Assembly: GCA_048128005.1 (NCBI GenBank)
Contig: JBEUKZ010000054.1
Span: 682,001 to 746,000 of the forward strand
Origin: Veleropilina oligotropha
Taxonomy: Eukaryota
Direction: 5' to 3'
DNA length: 64,000 nucleotides
Under the pieces are notes generated by a model that had not been told where the DNA came from, did no database searches, and saw nothing but the letters and a program-made list of their open reading frames with translations. Every line of letters starts with the position of its first letter. Position 1 is the first letter of the stretch. Below, in pieces: positions 34,188 to 44,995 of the stretch. Position numbers and translations under genes: made by a program.

Positions 34188-34427
34188 CTACTTCAATATG
34201 TCGGCGGGGAGGATGCCCTGCTTGATCAGCAGATCTTTCGTCGCCATGGCGAGCGCCACGTCGAGGACCACCATCCCGACGTCGTAGCCGGTGAAGTCCA
34301 GCTTGGGGCTCGCCCCCTTGAATACCATTTTTCCCAGGCGTGCGTAGCCTATGGCGAGGCCTGACACTATGGCCGAATGATAGACGGCGTTGCCGAGCAT
34401 TTTTCCATCAGTAATCGGGGTAGTCAT
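34188..34427 (-). CDS. 79-aa hydrophobic protein (B)
   Basis: Homolog of 15868-16107. Confidence 0.8.
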   Translation of the reverse strand: MTTPITDGKMLGNAVYHSAIVSGLAIGYARLGKMVFKGASPKLDFTGYDVGMVVLDVALAMATKDLLIKQGILPADILK

Positions 34428-34439
34428 GTTGTACTGAGA

Positions 34440-34946
34440 CTATCGCATATGGAACGGGTTGTGCTCATTCTTCAATTCGGTGGTGGTTGGGGTGGGCTGC
34501 CTCGCCGGTGCTGGCGGCTGTTGATGTGGTGTGGATGGACCACTGCTGCGTTTCCAGACAACAAATAGCAACGCAACCCCGCCTGCAGCGAAGAGTCCAT
34601 AGGTCCAATTAAATGCTGGGGTGGGGAGGTCCGATTTCCGGCCCGTGCGAACGTCGTTTTCGACCGCGGTCATCTCGGCCGCCCGCGGGGGGGCACCACT
34701 GTGTTTTTGTTGTTGGGGCTGTGCCTCCGGTAGTTCTGGAACTGTGCGGGTGTCTTCCTTAAGTTTTCTTACCTCGGCAAGAAGCCTCTCCTGCTTGACC
34801 TTCCTCGCAGCAGCTCCGGCCCTCCCTGCTGCCACCTTCTTAGGGTCCTTCCCCGAAGAAGAGGTCACCCTCTCTATCGGCTGGGTCACCCTCTCTATCG
34901 GCTGGGTCACCCTCTCTATCGGCTGGTCCGTTTCCGGCGTCGTCAT
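34440..34946 (-). CDS. Basic-motif protein with TM helix (B)
   Basis: Homolog of 16133-16624; QPIERVT x3. Confidence 0.75.
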   Translation of the reverse strand: MTTPETDQPIERVTQPIERVTQPIERVTSSSGKDPKKVAAGRAGAAARKVKQERLLAEVRKLKEDTRTVPELPEAQPQQQKHSGAPPRAAEMTAVENDVRTGRKSDLPTPAFNWTYGLFAAGGVALLFVVWKRSSGPSTPHQQPPAPARQPTPTTTELKNEHNPFHMR

Positions 34947-35619
34947 CTTGATCTCGCTCTCGCTCTCGCGATATTTTGGGCGGGCAGACGTGTCCAAATC
35001 GGCAGTGCTTAGCCGTGGTCAGCGCCGCGGTCAGCGGTGCGAGGTACATGCCATATTTACAATACAGCTCACAGCTTGCAGTGGTCAGGGCATGTGAGAT
35101 GAATGGGTCGGCCTCCAGGTCGGCGATCAGTCGTAGCTGGTTTGCTGGTGGAATGGGCAAGAGCATCCCAGCCGCCCCCGCGTAGAGATGAATAGCGGAA
35201 GTCCCCAGAGTCTTCGTCACCTCGGCACCGAGTTTCGCTTCATACCTCGCGTGGTGCTTTTCGACCTCTTCATCGGACATGTCGTCGATCCGGTCCACCG
35301 TGAGCTTTTGCCCCAAGTATCTGTGGGACCCTCCAACGGCTAACGCGGCAAGCCTCTCCCGTTTTTTTGCCGTGCCTTCGGAACCTGCGACACCACTGTT
35401 ACTGACAGGTTCCTTGCCATCGGTCGTCGAGCGATGGCCGGTGATGGTCGTTTCTTGTTCGTCATCCATGAGTTGATCGATGAGGCTGTCCATCCTTAAG
35501 CGTTTCAAACATCTCCGCACCGGTCTAATATAGCCGTACAGCCAGGACCACAATGCTACCTGCAACAGCAACATCAGGCCCTGGCTGCAAGCACAGAATA
35601 TGTATACCGCGTCCGACAT
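34840..35619 (-). CDS. Hypothetical protein with N-terminal TM segment (B)
   Basis: Homolog of 16527-17282. Confidence 0.75.
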   Translation of the reverse strand: MSDAVYIFCACSQGLMLLLQVALWSWLYGYIRPVRRCLKRLRMDSLIDQLMDDEQETTITGHRSTTDGKEPVSNSGVAGSEGTAKKRERLAALAVGGSHRYLGQKLTVDRIDDMSDEEVEKHHARYEAKLGAEVTKTLGTSAIHLYAGAAGMLLPIPPANQLRLIADLEADPFISHALTTASCELYCKYGMYLAPLTAALTTAKHCRFGHVCPPKISRERERDQDDDAGNGPADREGDPADREGDPADREGDLFFGEGP

Positions 35620-35683
35620 GTGAGAGCTTGCTCAGTAGATGCCTAGCTAGCTAAGTACGATGCTCGGCAATGCCTGGTAGATG

Positions 35684-36316
35684 CTACAGCACACTATAAG
35701 CCATGGGCTGGTCAGTTTTCAACAGAAGTTTTTTGTGTTTTGTCTCGGCCAACAGCCGCCGCACTGCAGTCCGTTCATCCTGCGATGAGATTACATCGTT
35801 CTCTCGCAGGCAGTCCTCGAACGAATCCCGGTCCTTGCAGTGAAACAGTGCGACCCAGCGGGTCTGCTCTCTGAGTTCCTTCAAGACCGAGTTGTATTTT
35901 TGCGTCACTACCCATACGCTCTGTTCGGCATGCCTGCCGCTGAAGGCCAACAAAGTCAGCATGTCCCGTTTTTTGGCAAGGGCCTTGCTGGCGGCGCAGT
36001 CGTCGATGATATAGAGGGTCGGCTCCCCCTGAAACAGCCGGTAGAACCCCCGTAACCAGTCATGGAGTCGCTCACCAGGGGGGATTATGTACACCTCCGG
36101 GTCAGTCCAGATCCACGGACAGGACTGGTATGCTTTATTGTGTTTGATCGTGGGGCAGAGGATTACGATATGCCGGAACACCCCTCGATAGACTCCTTCC
36201 AGGAGTGAAAGTATGAAAATTGTCTTTCCACAGCCCGTCTGGCCGCAGATAATTGCGGAGTGGGGGTCCTCGGGGTGCGGGAACCGCTTAGTATAGCGCG
36301 GTGACAAATCGGCCAT
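35684..36316 (-). CDS. A32/FtsK-like packaging ATPase, intact (B)
   Basis: GQTGCGKT, YIIDD, SGRHAEQSVWVVTQ. Confidence 0.9.
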   Translation of the reverse strand: MADLSPRYTKRFPHPEDPHSAIICGQTGCGKTIFILSLLEGVYRGVFRHIVILCPTIKHNKAYQSCPWIWTDPEVYIIPPGERLHDWLRGFYRLFQGEPTLYIIDDCAASKALAKKRDMLTLLAFSGRHAEQSVWVVTQKYNSVLKELREQTRWVALFHCKDRDSFEDCLRENDVISSQDERTAVRRLLAETKHKKLLLKTDQPMAYSVL

Positions 36317-37592
36317 TCTCGATATGAAGTTGTACGTCCATGATCACGTACAGGTAGACGTTCAACGGACCGGCTGCCTCGCCTGTTTTAGTAATCTGGA
36401 TGGTGATGCCCTCGCTGGCATTCTCTATCTTCCGGCCTGAGCCGTGCAGCTGGTCGTCGTCGTTGACCCGCAGGTCTATCCATAGGGCGAACTTATTAGT
36501 CAGAAACTGGCCCAGTGTGACGTCTGCCAGAGCCAAATCCTTGGCAACCAGCTCCACCTCAGGATGCCGCTTGCTGATCGGGTTGGAGGCGAACAGCTTC
36601 CTGGCTTCATCCCACATCTGGTGGGAACGCATGCCCTGGCTGTAGATTTGATTCGGGACCCCCTCAATGGTGACCTCGACCTTCGTGATCTTCGGATTGT
36701 AGAAGGCCTCGGTGTCGCGAGCGAATGGTGCGGCGTCTCTCGCAGGGTCCTCAAACAGCATTAGAATCCCTTTCATGGAATGTGCCGGAACGTTCAGGTT
36801 CAAATTCCACAAAGTGTCACTTTTGTCCTTGGTGATCTTGCGATGCTGCAGGACACGGTCGTAGAGGATGGTGAGGCGGCCCAAGTACTGGTTACGAATG
36901 AGTCGGGCAAGATCACGATTAGTGACCATATCATACTCTAGGCTAATGTTGTCGATGCTGTAGCTGGAACTAGGGTCATCGGTGTTCCTGATCGTCCTTG
37001 AGTGGTCGTTGAAGGTGAGCTCGTACTCAAGACGGTCCCCCAACGCACTCTGGTAGAATGGCATGTGACTTTCCAAGAGCTCGAAGTCCAGCGGGACACG
37101 GAACCTCGGACCGTAAGCGTCAGAGATGGCCGTGTCCTCAGAACGTCTGAAGGCGTCCGCTGCGCCGACACGGTTTTTCGTCGTATTGTGTTCGGCGCTG
37201 GTGTCAATCCCCTGGTAGTGGGCACTCTGGCGTTCCTGTGGTGTCTTCCAAAGATCGCAGTAGCAGTGATACACGTCGGAGTCGTCAATCGACAAGATCT
37301 CGTTGCCACTAATCTTGATCGTGGGTTTTTTCACCACAGCGCGTCCGATGTTCTGCACCACGGTCCTGTTCGGGTTAGCCGAGGTCAGAGAAATGGTGAA
37401 TGCGAGGTGGGCAGTCCCTGGCACGATCACGTCATGATCCCCGAGGTTAGGGAAGCTGACAAGTAGTTGTTGGTTTGTGGCGATGGTGGATGGGTTATTT
37501 GTTATGGTGACCGACTGGCGGACCCCTTTCACCCCGAGAGGCTCTCGCAGTCTGCGGTATGGATCAAGCGTGCGTCCGTATCGGCTGGCCAT
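36288..37592 (-). CDS. Putative major capsid protein (B)
   Basis: 434 aa, homolog of 17928-19229. Confidence 0.75.
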   Translation of the reverse strand: MASRYGRTLDPYRRLREPLGVKGVRQSVTITNNPSTIATNQQLLVSFPNLGDHDVIVPGTAHLAFTISLTSANPNRTVVQNIGRAVVKKPTIKISGNEILSIDDSDVYHCYCDLWKTPQERQSAHYQGIDTSAEHNTTKNRVGAADAFRRSEDTAISDAYGPRFRVPLDFELLESHMPFYQSALGDRLEYELTFNDHSRTIRNTDDPSSSYSIDNISLEYDMVTNRDLARLIRNQYLGRLTILYDRVLQHRKITKDKSDTLWNLNLNVPAHSMKGILMLFEDPARDAAPFARDTEAFYNPKITKVEVTIEGVPNQIYSQGMRSHQMWDEARKLFASNPISKRHPEVELVAKDLALADVTLGQFLTNKFALWIDLRVNDDDQLHGSGRKIENASEGITIQITKTGEAAGPLNVYLYVIMDVQLHIENGRFVTALY

Positions 37593-37643
37593 GTTGTTGT
37601 CGCTATGGCTGATTTAGATGCGTATCCAAGCTGTAGTATTCAA

Positions 37644-38954
37644 ATGGCAGAATTCCCGAACCCCGCATTCGAGCTTGATGATTTCATCGACAATGATGAT
37701 CTCATCGACAACGATGATACCATCATCGACGATATTGATGTGGATAGATCCGCCGACCGGTCGCCACAGGAAGGAACCAGCGATCTTCGGCAAGAGCTCG
37801 TGAAAGATGCGGTGGATGGCTACTACGAAGCCCTGTTGGAGGAGGGGCAGACCCTGCCCCCGTATCGTGATTATGCCCAGTTCGAGTATGTCGAGGGGGT
37901 GGGATTGCGGCTGAAGCACTTTCCACACGTCGATCTCATCAATTCTAGGACCAAAAAACCCAATGCTTTGTCAACACTAGCTAACCGGCGTAAAGGGAGT
38001 AAAGCGATCAGAGATGGGTTGGGGTTCGCAGCATGGAAGCGGCCAGAGAAGCGGGGGAAAGGGGGACAGAAGATATCCTCAAAAGCAGTCGCAGCTTTTC
38101 AGACCGCCGACAATGAGTTGAGCGGTGCGGCGGCCAATGTAGACAACGTGGAACTGCGGGACTTGGGGCAGACAGCTACTGAGGCATCAGTAGCAATCCA
38201 CACAATGGAGACGACGTTCACAGATGCTGAGGTTGATGAGATCTTAGGCACGATGGGGGACCCCCCATTAAATCTCCGTGAGCTTCGCGGGCTGGACAAG
38301 GCGATGCAGACAATCCGAGGCGAACTCACGAACAACCTGGCCAAGCTAACGGCGCTGGACGACCACATAGCCCTGGAGAAGAGGAAGCTCGATCAGGCAG
38401 ATGAAGAGGGGGGTGTGGATGAGTTTGTTCGTCGACGTATCGCGGAACGGCTTCGCAACTTACAGGATGAACGAGAAGCTCGCCTAGAGGCAGCCTCGTC
38501 CAGCCGGGAGGCCCTTCGCTCTCAAATTAGCCGGATCCGAGAGATGATCAGTCGGATTCTCCACTCCGACACCATGCTGGCCGAGCGCGTCCGGACCCTG
38601 TTCCGCGAGCAGGGGGTCACAATCGTGACTATACTGACCGCGATCGGTATGGCTATCTCGACACTGGTACTAGCCCTAACAGGCGGAGCGCCGAGCATCG
38701 CACCAACACCACCACCTCCCAGTGGTAAAGGCGTGAAGGAATGGGTCAAAAAGCATCTGCAAGCCCTGGGTCGGATTCTGGGCAAACTAGCGGGGAAGGT
38801 GGCAGTGGCACTCCCAGGCATGATTGGCAGCCTACTTTCCTGGCTCATCAACCTGGTCGGCAAGACAGCTTCGTGGCTGGCCGAGAATCTATGGGCTGTG
38901 ATTATATCTGTGGGGGGCTTGCTTCTTATTGCCGCTAGACAGTGGGTCACGTAA
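37644..38954 (+). CDS. Coiled-coil protein with C-terminal hydrophobic/amphipathic helices, intact (B)
   Basis: Acidic N-terminus, long heptad region, hydrophobic IVTILTAIGMAISTLVLAL, Pro linker, amphipathic tail. Confidence 0.82.
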   Translation: MAEFPNPAFELDDFIDNDDLIDNDDTIIDDIDVDRSADRSPQEGTSDLRQELVKDAVDGYYEALLEEGQTLPPYRDYAQFEYVEGVGLRLKHFPHVDLINSRTKKPNALSTLANRRKGSKAIRDGLGFAAWKRPEKRGKGGQKISSKAVAAFQTADNELSGAAANVDNVELRDLGQTATEASVAIHTMETTFTDAEVDEILGTMGDPPLNLRELRGLDKAMQTIRGELTNNLAKLTALDDHIALEKRKLDQADEEGGVDEFVRRRIAERLRNLQDEREARLEAASSSREALRSQISRIREMISRILHSDTMLAERVRTLFREQGVTIVTILTAIGMAISTLVLALTGGAPSIAPTPPPPSGKGVKEWVKKHLQALGRILGKLAGKVAVALPGMIGSLLSWLINLVGKTASWLAENLWAVIISVGGLLLIAARQWVT

Positions 38955-40227
38955 GCCAAATGAACGCTAGGCCAACGACAATGCCGCCCACGATAAGTGC
39001 GGTTTTCTCCTCGTCATGTGACTGGGCCCCCCCCCCCCCCCGCGGCTGAAACAGCTGCCCCGGCCTCAGCGTTTGGATGCTTCGGAGCATCTGCCTGTAA
39101 GACTGCGACCTCGTCTTGTGGGACGACCAGTCCTTTCTCTCCAGTCTCCCCTCCGGCGTTGGGCGGCACACTGGCCGCGTTGACCGTAGTATTAAGACCG
39201 AGTGTCTGGGTTTCCGTGGCAACGACGATTTCGTTGTTATAACCAGACACCTGCCCTATTCGCAGGAGCATGTCACTCGGCGCCATGTACAGTCCAACGC
39301 CGAATACGAAGTCTACCTTGGACCTGGCATACTGTAATACCTTCTGGTACCGTTGGATTGCTGCTGGGAGGTCCACTGGGGATGCGATGGCATCTTCCAC
39401 GTTGGCCAGAAACTGTTTCTGTGCGTCAAATGCGGTACCACTCACCAGAATACTTGCACGTGTCTGCGCCTGCGCTCCAAGAATCGCCCAGACGTAGGTC
39501 CTGATGGACTCATTGAGCCTCCACGCCGGCCCTCGTGAATCCCACCGACTTGTCCAGGATGAAGGAAGCCCAACTGTTTGTAAGCGCAGGCGCTTGCGCG
39601 ATGTAGTCCACGTGCAGATTCGTGTTGGTGGTCCCTTTTGTGAATGACATTCGACTGGGGTCATACTCACGTCCGATGGAGTGGTAGCCGTTGTTCGTCC
39701 AGTAGCTGAAAGCGGTGCCGAGCCCTTTATTGGGACCCTTGACACGCCAGTCGGTATGTGGAGACACACCAAACTCGCTGCAGATCTTCTCATATGCCCT
39801 TCGGAGTGTCGAAGGCGTCCCACGTCCTGTCTTGTGGCAGCGGTGCCTGAATCTCGGTCAGTACCCTTCTGACCTGATAGTAGACGTGGAAGGTGAATAC
39901 GGCTCTGGAGAGGGGGTCGGTCGCATTCAAGTGGTCATCTGAGGAGATCCCGGAACCTGTTGTGGCACACCAGACTGCGAAGTTTACCTTATTCTGCCAG
40001 AACCTCATCGGCGTGCTGTGCCAGGCCTGGATTACCCGATCACTCGCGACACGCGGGAGGCGGTATTTTTGAAAGACGTCGGGGTAGTCTGCCCCGAATG
40101 CAGTGGTTGAGCTATTACCCACATTGATGCTTGGTCTCGTAAGCTGCTCATCTTTGATCTTTGCTGGGTACACCACACCGGTCGGATAGGCCGCACTCCT
40201 ATTGAATACAAAGGCGCTCTTAGCCAT
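38947..40227 (-). pseudogene. C-terminally anchored membrane protein, multiple frameshifts (B)
   Basis: Matches A, but with short deletions near 39804 and 39520 and a C-run length change at 39026-39041. Confidence 0.78.
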
Positions 40228-40231
40228 AGCT

Positions 40232-40984
40232 ATGTTCCACACACTAACGAGTGTTCAAGAGGGGACCGCGATTGCCCTTCTGGAGCCCATCGATAACCGG
40301 GAGGGCAAAAAATGTGTCAGTTTGCAGTCACTCGATTATTGGGTAGGCTGGCACAACGTCCATGCCGGAGCCTTCTTCCAAACCCCCGATACCACGGTAG
40401 AGGTGGCACCAGGTTTCTACAGCTTCGATGACCTCGCCAAAACGATGAAGAGGTCGCTAGTTAACATACAGCTAGATGTAAGCCATGCTACGGGACTCGC
40501 CCGAGTCGTTGTCCCAGAGGGGACCCGACTCGCGATCAGCGACGATATACGGAAACTCCTCGGCTTAAACCTCTCTTCGTTCATCCTCGATAAATCGGGG
40601 AATCTGAACCCACCCCCGGGCCACCCTCGGCCGCCGGTTGGAGTACAGGGCCGACCTCCCCCTCCGGAGAGATCCGAGTGGCTACGCCCTGGGACTTATG
40701 ACGGGAACAAGCCTGTCGGGTTTTCCATAGCGCCGACCCTACACGTTCACCTGGAGCAGCTCAGTACAACACACAATGTGAAGGACGGCGCCCCGAGCAA
40801 TATTCTCGCGGTGGTCCCTATAACGTCGCAGATGTTCGGTGAGGCTGGCCACTATCATAGCTATCCCGCCGGCCGGCGACTACAGGCCGGGATTATCACA
40901 GAGTTGAAGGTGTACGTCACAGACGCAGATGGTAACCCGATCGACAATCACGGCATGCCCATTACCGCAGTCCTTGCGATATAA
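40232..40984 (+). CDS. Putative minor capsid protein (B)
   Basis: Homolog of 21838-22578. Confidence 0.7.
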   Translation: MFHTLTSVQEGTAIALLEPIDNREGKKCVSLQSLDYWVGWHNVHAGAFFQTPDTTVEVAPGFYSFDDLAKTMKRSLVNIQLDVSHATGLARVVVPEGTRLAISDDIRKLLGLNLSSFILDKSGNLNPPPGHPRPPVGVQGRPPPPERSEWLRPGTYDGNKPVGFSIAPTLHVHLEQLSTTHNVKDGAPSNILAVVPITSQMFGEAGHYHSYPAGRRLQAGIITELKVYVTDADGNPIDNHGMPITAVLAI

Positions 40985-41348
40985 TGAGCGCCAGCATATA
41001 TGGGACCCTCCCCCCCTCCCCCTGCTTGCAGATGAGCCCTCTTCCCCGACCCGGTGGCACTTCGTTCTTAATTGTGGGGAAGCGCCCAAGAAGGGGCTGG
41101 CGAAGAGGGAGTTCAAGATCCCAAACGCTGGAGGTCGGTTTGGGTTAAACCCAGCCCTCCTAATGATCCACCTGACGCCGGTCCAGCCCGCCGGGGGCCC
41201 CAAAGCCTGTTCCATAAGTACGCTTGGCCTGAATTCGGACAGGTTGACCCTCGCCTTCATCATCAAGGCCCCGTGGGTGGGGACCATGTATTTGAACGTA
41301 ACGGTAGACATTGGGAATCAACAGGCTGAACAGTACAGCCATGTGTAA
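40984..41348 (+). pseudogene. Hypothetical beta-rich protein (B), frameshift in a C-run near 41010-41016 (possibly a sequencing error)
   Basis: MSASIYGTL then a frame change into LPLLADEP; homolog of 22575-22943. Confidence 0.65.
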
Positions 41349-41980
41349 TGGACAACAAACCCTCAGCGCCAACGCTGTACCCACAACTCGGTGGCGAGGT
41401 GCCTTCGGAACTGCCGGAGGCACAGTCTTTCCGACTACAGAAAGTGAATGAGCTTCAGGGACAGCTAGAACGAGAACGGGATGCTCGAGCTGCCCTGTAC
41501 AAGAAGTACCGGCGAGGCGTTAATGTCGTTGACGGGATCGACTCGGCCCTGGTCGTTGCCACCCTTGGTATGGGTAGCGCCGGCATCGGACTGTTGTCCA
41601 CGATCGTTGCCGCACCCGTGGTCCTAGTGCTGGAATTAGCGGCGTTGGGGTGTGGGCTCGCTAGCATGGGTGGAAAATACATCAGCCGACGCCTCGGGGT
41701 GAAGGCTAAAAAGCACGACGAGATCCGAGTACTGGCCGACAGCAAACTGAATACCATAACCGACCACGTCTCAAAGGCCTTAGCGGACGGGGTGATGTCT
41801 GATGATGAATTTCAACTGGTCACAGGGGAGATGGAAAAGTATCGGACATTGAAAGCCGCCCTGCGTCTCAAGAGTACAAAAGCGCACACCGCGATTTCAC
41901 AGACCCAAACCGAGCTCCTTGAGCGTGGTCGTAAAGAGGGACGCGCAGAGCTGCTGAAAAAAATAGGGGCTGGCGACTAA
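41348..41980 (+). CDS. PSAP/LYPxL membrane-coiled-coil protein (B)
   Basis: MDNKPSAPTLYPQL; same length (210 aa) as in A. Confidence 0.85.
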   Translation: MDNKPSAPTLYPQLGGEVPSELPEAQSFRLQKVNELQGQLERERDARAALYKKYRRGVNVVDGIDSALVVATLGMGSAGIGLLSTIVAAPVVLVLELAALGCGLASMGGKYISRRLGVKAKKHDEIRVLADSKLNTITDHVSKALADGVMSDDEFQLVTGEMEKYRTLKAALRLKSTKAHTAISQTQTELLERGRKEGRAELLKKIGAGD

Positions 41981-42065
41981 CCATCCAGGTTGAGCGTGGG
42001 GTGGACTACCCCCCTCCCCCCCCCCCGTATTAAAGCTAGAACTCGACAGTGATATCTGGACAACC

Positions 42066-42488
42066 ATGAAATCCATGCTACTTCTGTGCATTGCCGCGGT
42101 GTGCTGGCTAGGGGGTGTCTCTACCCAGGCGTCGAGACACGACACCGCATTAATTCTCGAACATACGTGGGCCAGGTACCGAAATCACCCCATGTACAAC
42201 ATACGACTCGACCCCTTGCGTAGAAACCTTCTACGAGACCCCACCCCTGATGTATCCCCACCCTCGTGCCACTACTTTATTATCGGAGAGAATGAGTGTG
42301 GGGTGGGGGCTCCTCCCGACCCAAATACTGTGGTCTGCATCAAATGCGCCGAGCCGTCCTTATGTCGAGGTAAACATGGGCATTACTTCTCAATGCTATC
42401 TACGGGCTGCAGGGGTTCGTGGAGTCAGATAGGACAGCACTCGCCATGTAACTGTACGCTAGCCATCGGGAATTACATATTCATATAA
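42066..42488 (+). CDS. Secreted Cys-rich protein (B)
   Basis: Signal-peptide-like N-terminus; eight Cys conserved with A. Confidence 0.8.
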   Translation: MKSMLLLCIAAVCWLGGVSTQASRHDTALILEHTWARYRNHPMYNIRLDPLRRNLLRDPTPDVSPPSCHYFIIGENECGVGAPPDPNTVVCIKCAEPSLCRGKHGHYFSMLSTGCRGSWSQIGQHSPCNCTLAIGNYIFI

Positions 42489-43106
42489 CAGCTGCTTGGG
42501 AATTCCCTGCCTTACAATATATTTTCAGGCCTGCACAGTGTTATATTAATAGCCGGCCGGCTGTCTATTGTTGACTCTACAATCCAGCCTATTCATAGCC
42601 CGTTCGCTTCGTGTATATCGCTAGTATTGTTATTAACACTGCTCGGGGATTCCCCTGCCCGCAATGACTTGAAACCATGAAACAATAGACGCCTATCACA
42701 AGCAGCGTATCTGTCTGGCTGACCCAGTTAAAAAAAGATTTCGTCTAACGCATTTCTAGTGGCACAGAAAAAAGATTTTGGTCCAGTTAAAAAGATTTTG
42801 TCCAGAAACGGGTCACCGACCCAGTTAAAAAGTTTTGGTCCAGATGTAAACAAGCGGACAGTTCATTCTCTAAATGGAAATTCTACATGTAACAATGAGT
42901 CAGAAATACAAATTCTACATGTCACAATGAGTTGGCAGTTATTCCGTTGATCTAGCAATAAATATTCTCGAGAACGGGAGCACTAGGTCAACCACAGGCT
43001 ATGAATACACCAGGCAGTAACAAAGGAGTTCTCCACTATTCTAAGCTACCCTAGTTTCGATAGACGCGCTCTGTACACACGGTGACTTTTTGTAATACAA
43101 TCCCTA

Positions 43107-43188
43107 CCCTCAGTCCCGAAATAGGGCTGGGAGCCTCACCGGTCGCCCCGGACCCCCTCCCTGAGTCTGAAACGCCCTAGTCCCCCCC
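43107..43188 (-). repeat. Right TIR of element B
   Basis: ccctcagt..cgaaatagggctgggagcctcaccggtcgccccggaccc...ctagtccccccc. Confidence 0.9.
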
Positions 43189-43457
43189 TCCTGATATAAT
43201 GAATTTAGCTTATTTACCTTCCTTTTATCGAATAAACAAACAAAAAAGGAACTAATTCCTGAAAATTGTGATTGATATTTCAGATAATCGGTTTGTGCTC
43301 TCAAAGAGCTGAAAATATTATAACACTGTTCAATATCGACATTCTTGACAGATCACACAATTTCTTTGCCAAAATACTGCTCTTTTCTGCAGAGTAACAA
43401 TGAAGACTGCTATTTAGTCAAACATACTAGCTCAGACTTATACTTTCGCCATATACG

Positions 43458-43656
43458 ATGATGAATTGATGTTTAACGACCACGCCAACAATATTTCAGT
43501 TATAAATCGGGTCAATCAACTTTGAATGATGAAATGAAGTGGTGCTGTATACAATGGAGGCAGCGATCATTGGAAAAATCCCCGGCACTCCTGGGGCTTG
43601 AACCCGTGACCTCCCGTTTAGTAGACCAGCACCGTATCCACTCGGCCACCACCCCC
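43458..43656 (-). mobile_element. tRNA-derived SINE
   Basis: Minus strand has A box TGGCCGAGTGG, B box GGTTCAAGCCC and a short CAT-repeat tail. Flanked by the imperfect direct repeat cgcc(a/c)tatacg at 43447-43457 and 43657-43667. Confidence 0.75.
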
Positions 43657-44995
43657 CGCCCTATACGCGACGTTAACAAGCATCCTCCATAATATCTTTG
43701 ATTATCGTAATTGATGGATTCAATATAAAGTTTGTTTAATCAATTGGTTCACTGTTTATTCGAAATCAACAGATTTCACCTTTTTAAGGGGCTGATAATT
43801 CTCCCTCTTGTAATGTATGCTCTATATATCACTGTACAGTTAAACAATTCTCGCCACGAGAGTATGGTATGGCAAAAATGATTCTTTATTACCAGTTACC
43901 AGCCAGTTACACGAAAAAGATCGGATGAAAATAGGCCAGAGAATATTTATACGTTTTCACTTTGGACGTAATCAAATTTCAGACGTATGCATATGCCTGG
44001 TCAACTTGATTTTATTGTAGTATTTGAAGTATAAATAGCAGAATTGGCTTTCTCATATATGAAAATATGTAAAACGACACGTCATTTACGTATTTATCTA
44101 ACCCGACTGTAAAGGTTCATGGCGGCCATCTTGGATTTCGTCAATTTTTTACACATGAATATGCCCGTCAAAGTCAATTGCTTGTAATTTTTTGAAAGAT
44201 AAATTGCCGAATCGGTTTCCTGGTTTGGAAAATAAACAAAGCGACACATTATTCGTATATAGGCCTATCTATATCAATTCTGGCCGCAAATATATGACGT
44301 ACAGAATATTTTCACTATTTGATAGCGGTCAAATTGGATTACGTCATATTATTACCTACGAGGGGTCTCGAAAAAAATGTAACCTATTTTTTTTTCCTTA
44401 AATTATTTGGGGATCTTTTTGATATGTTTATTATTAGCGTATTGTAATTTGTTAATGAGAAGCAACTGGACTTTCTTCATAACATTGCAGTAAAATGGAG
44501 AACATTTCCAATTGTAACTCAAAATTGAACTTTTTTATTATTTTTTAAACTCTTCTACCACGAAACTCATTGTTATTTGTTGCATATATATATACAGTCA
44601 AAGTTATATACACCAAAAGTTAGCCGTATGCTAAAATTTGGACTAATTTATTCCATAAATATGATAATTTATGATTTCATCATTTTTTCCAAATAATTTT
44701 TTTTCGCAATCCAAATGGTCGAGCAGACCTCTTCATTATATATTCTGAGGTATCCTAACAAAAAAACAAGGTTTAAAAAGTATATGAGACGGAGCCATGC
44801 ATGTTCATCCAAAAATATGGCGCTTTTCAGCCTCTGGATCCCCTAACTACTATTAAGCTATTTCACCCATGTAATAGCGGAACCGTTTAGTTGTCTAGTT
44901 GGGTTTCACGTTAGTCACGGGATGTGAATCCTTTACCATCAAGCAGATTCGAGGATCTTCACAACAATCTGATGACGACCTGTTTATCATACATA

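Larger units (their letters stand above)
27685..43188 (+). mobile_element. Endogenous Polinton-like virus / Maverick-related element B (15.5 kb)
   Basis: TIRs G(n)actagggcgtttcagactcag... / ...ctgagtctgaaacgccctagtC(n); 5-bp direct repeat TCCTG at 27680-27684 and 43189-43193; same gene order as element A. Confidence 0.92.

Noticed and set aside
43575..43656. tRNA gene
   Set aside because: A and B boxes are present, but the sequence continues into a SINE-like body and tail with flanking direct repeats, and I could not form a clean acceptor stem.
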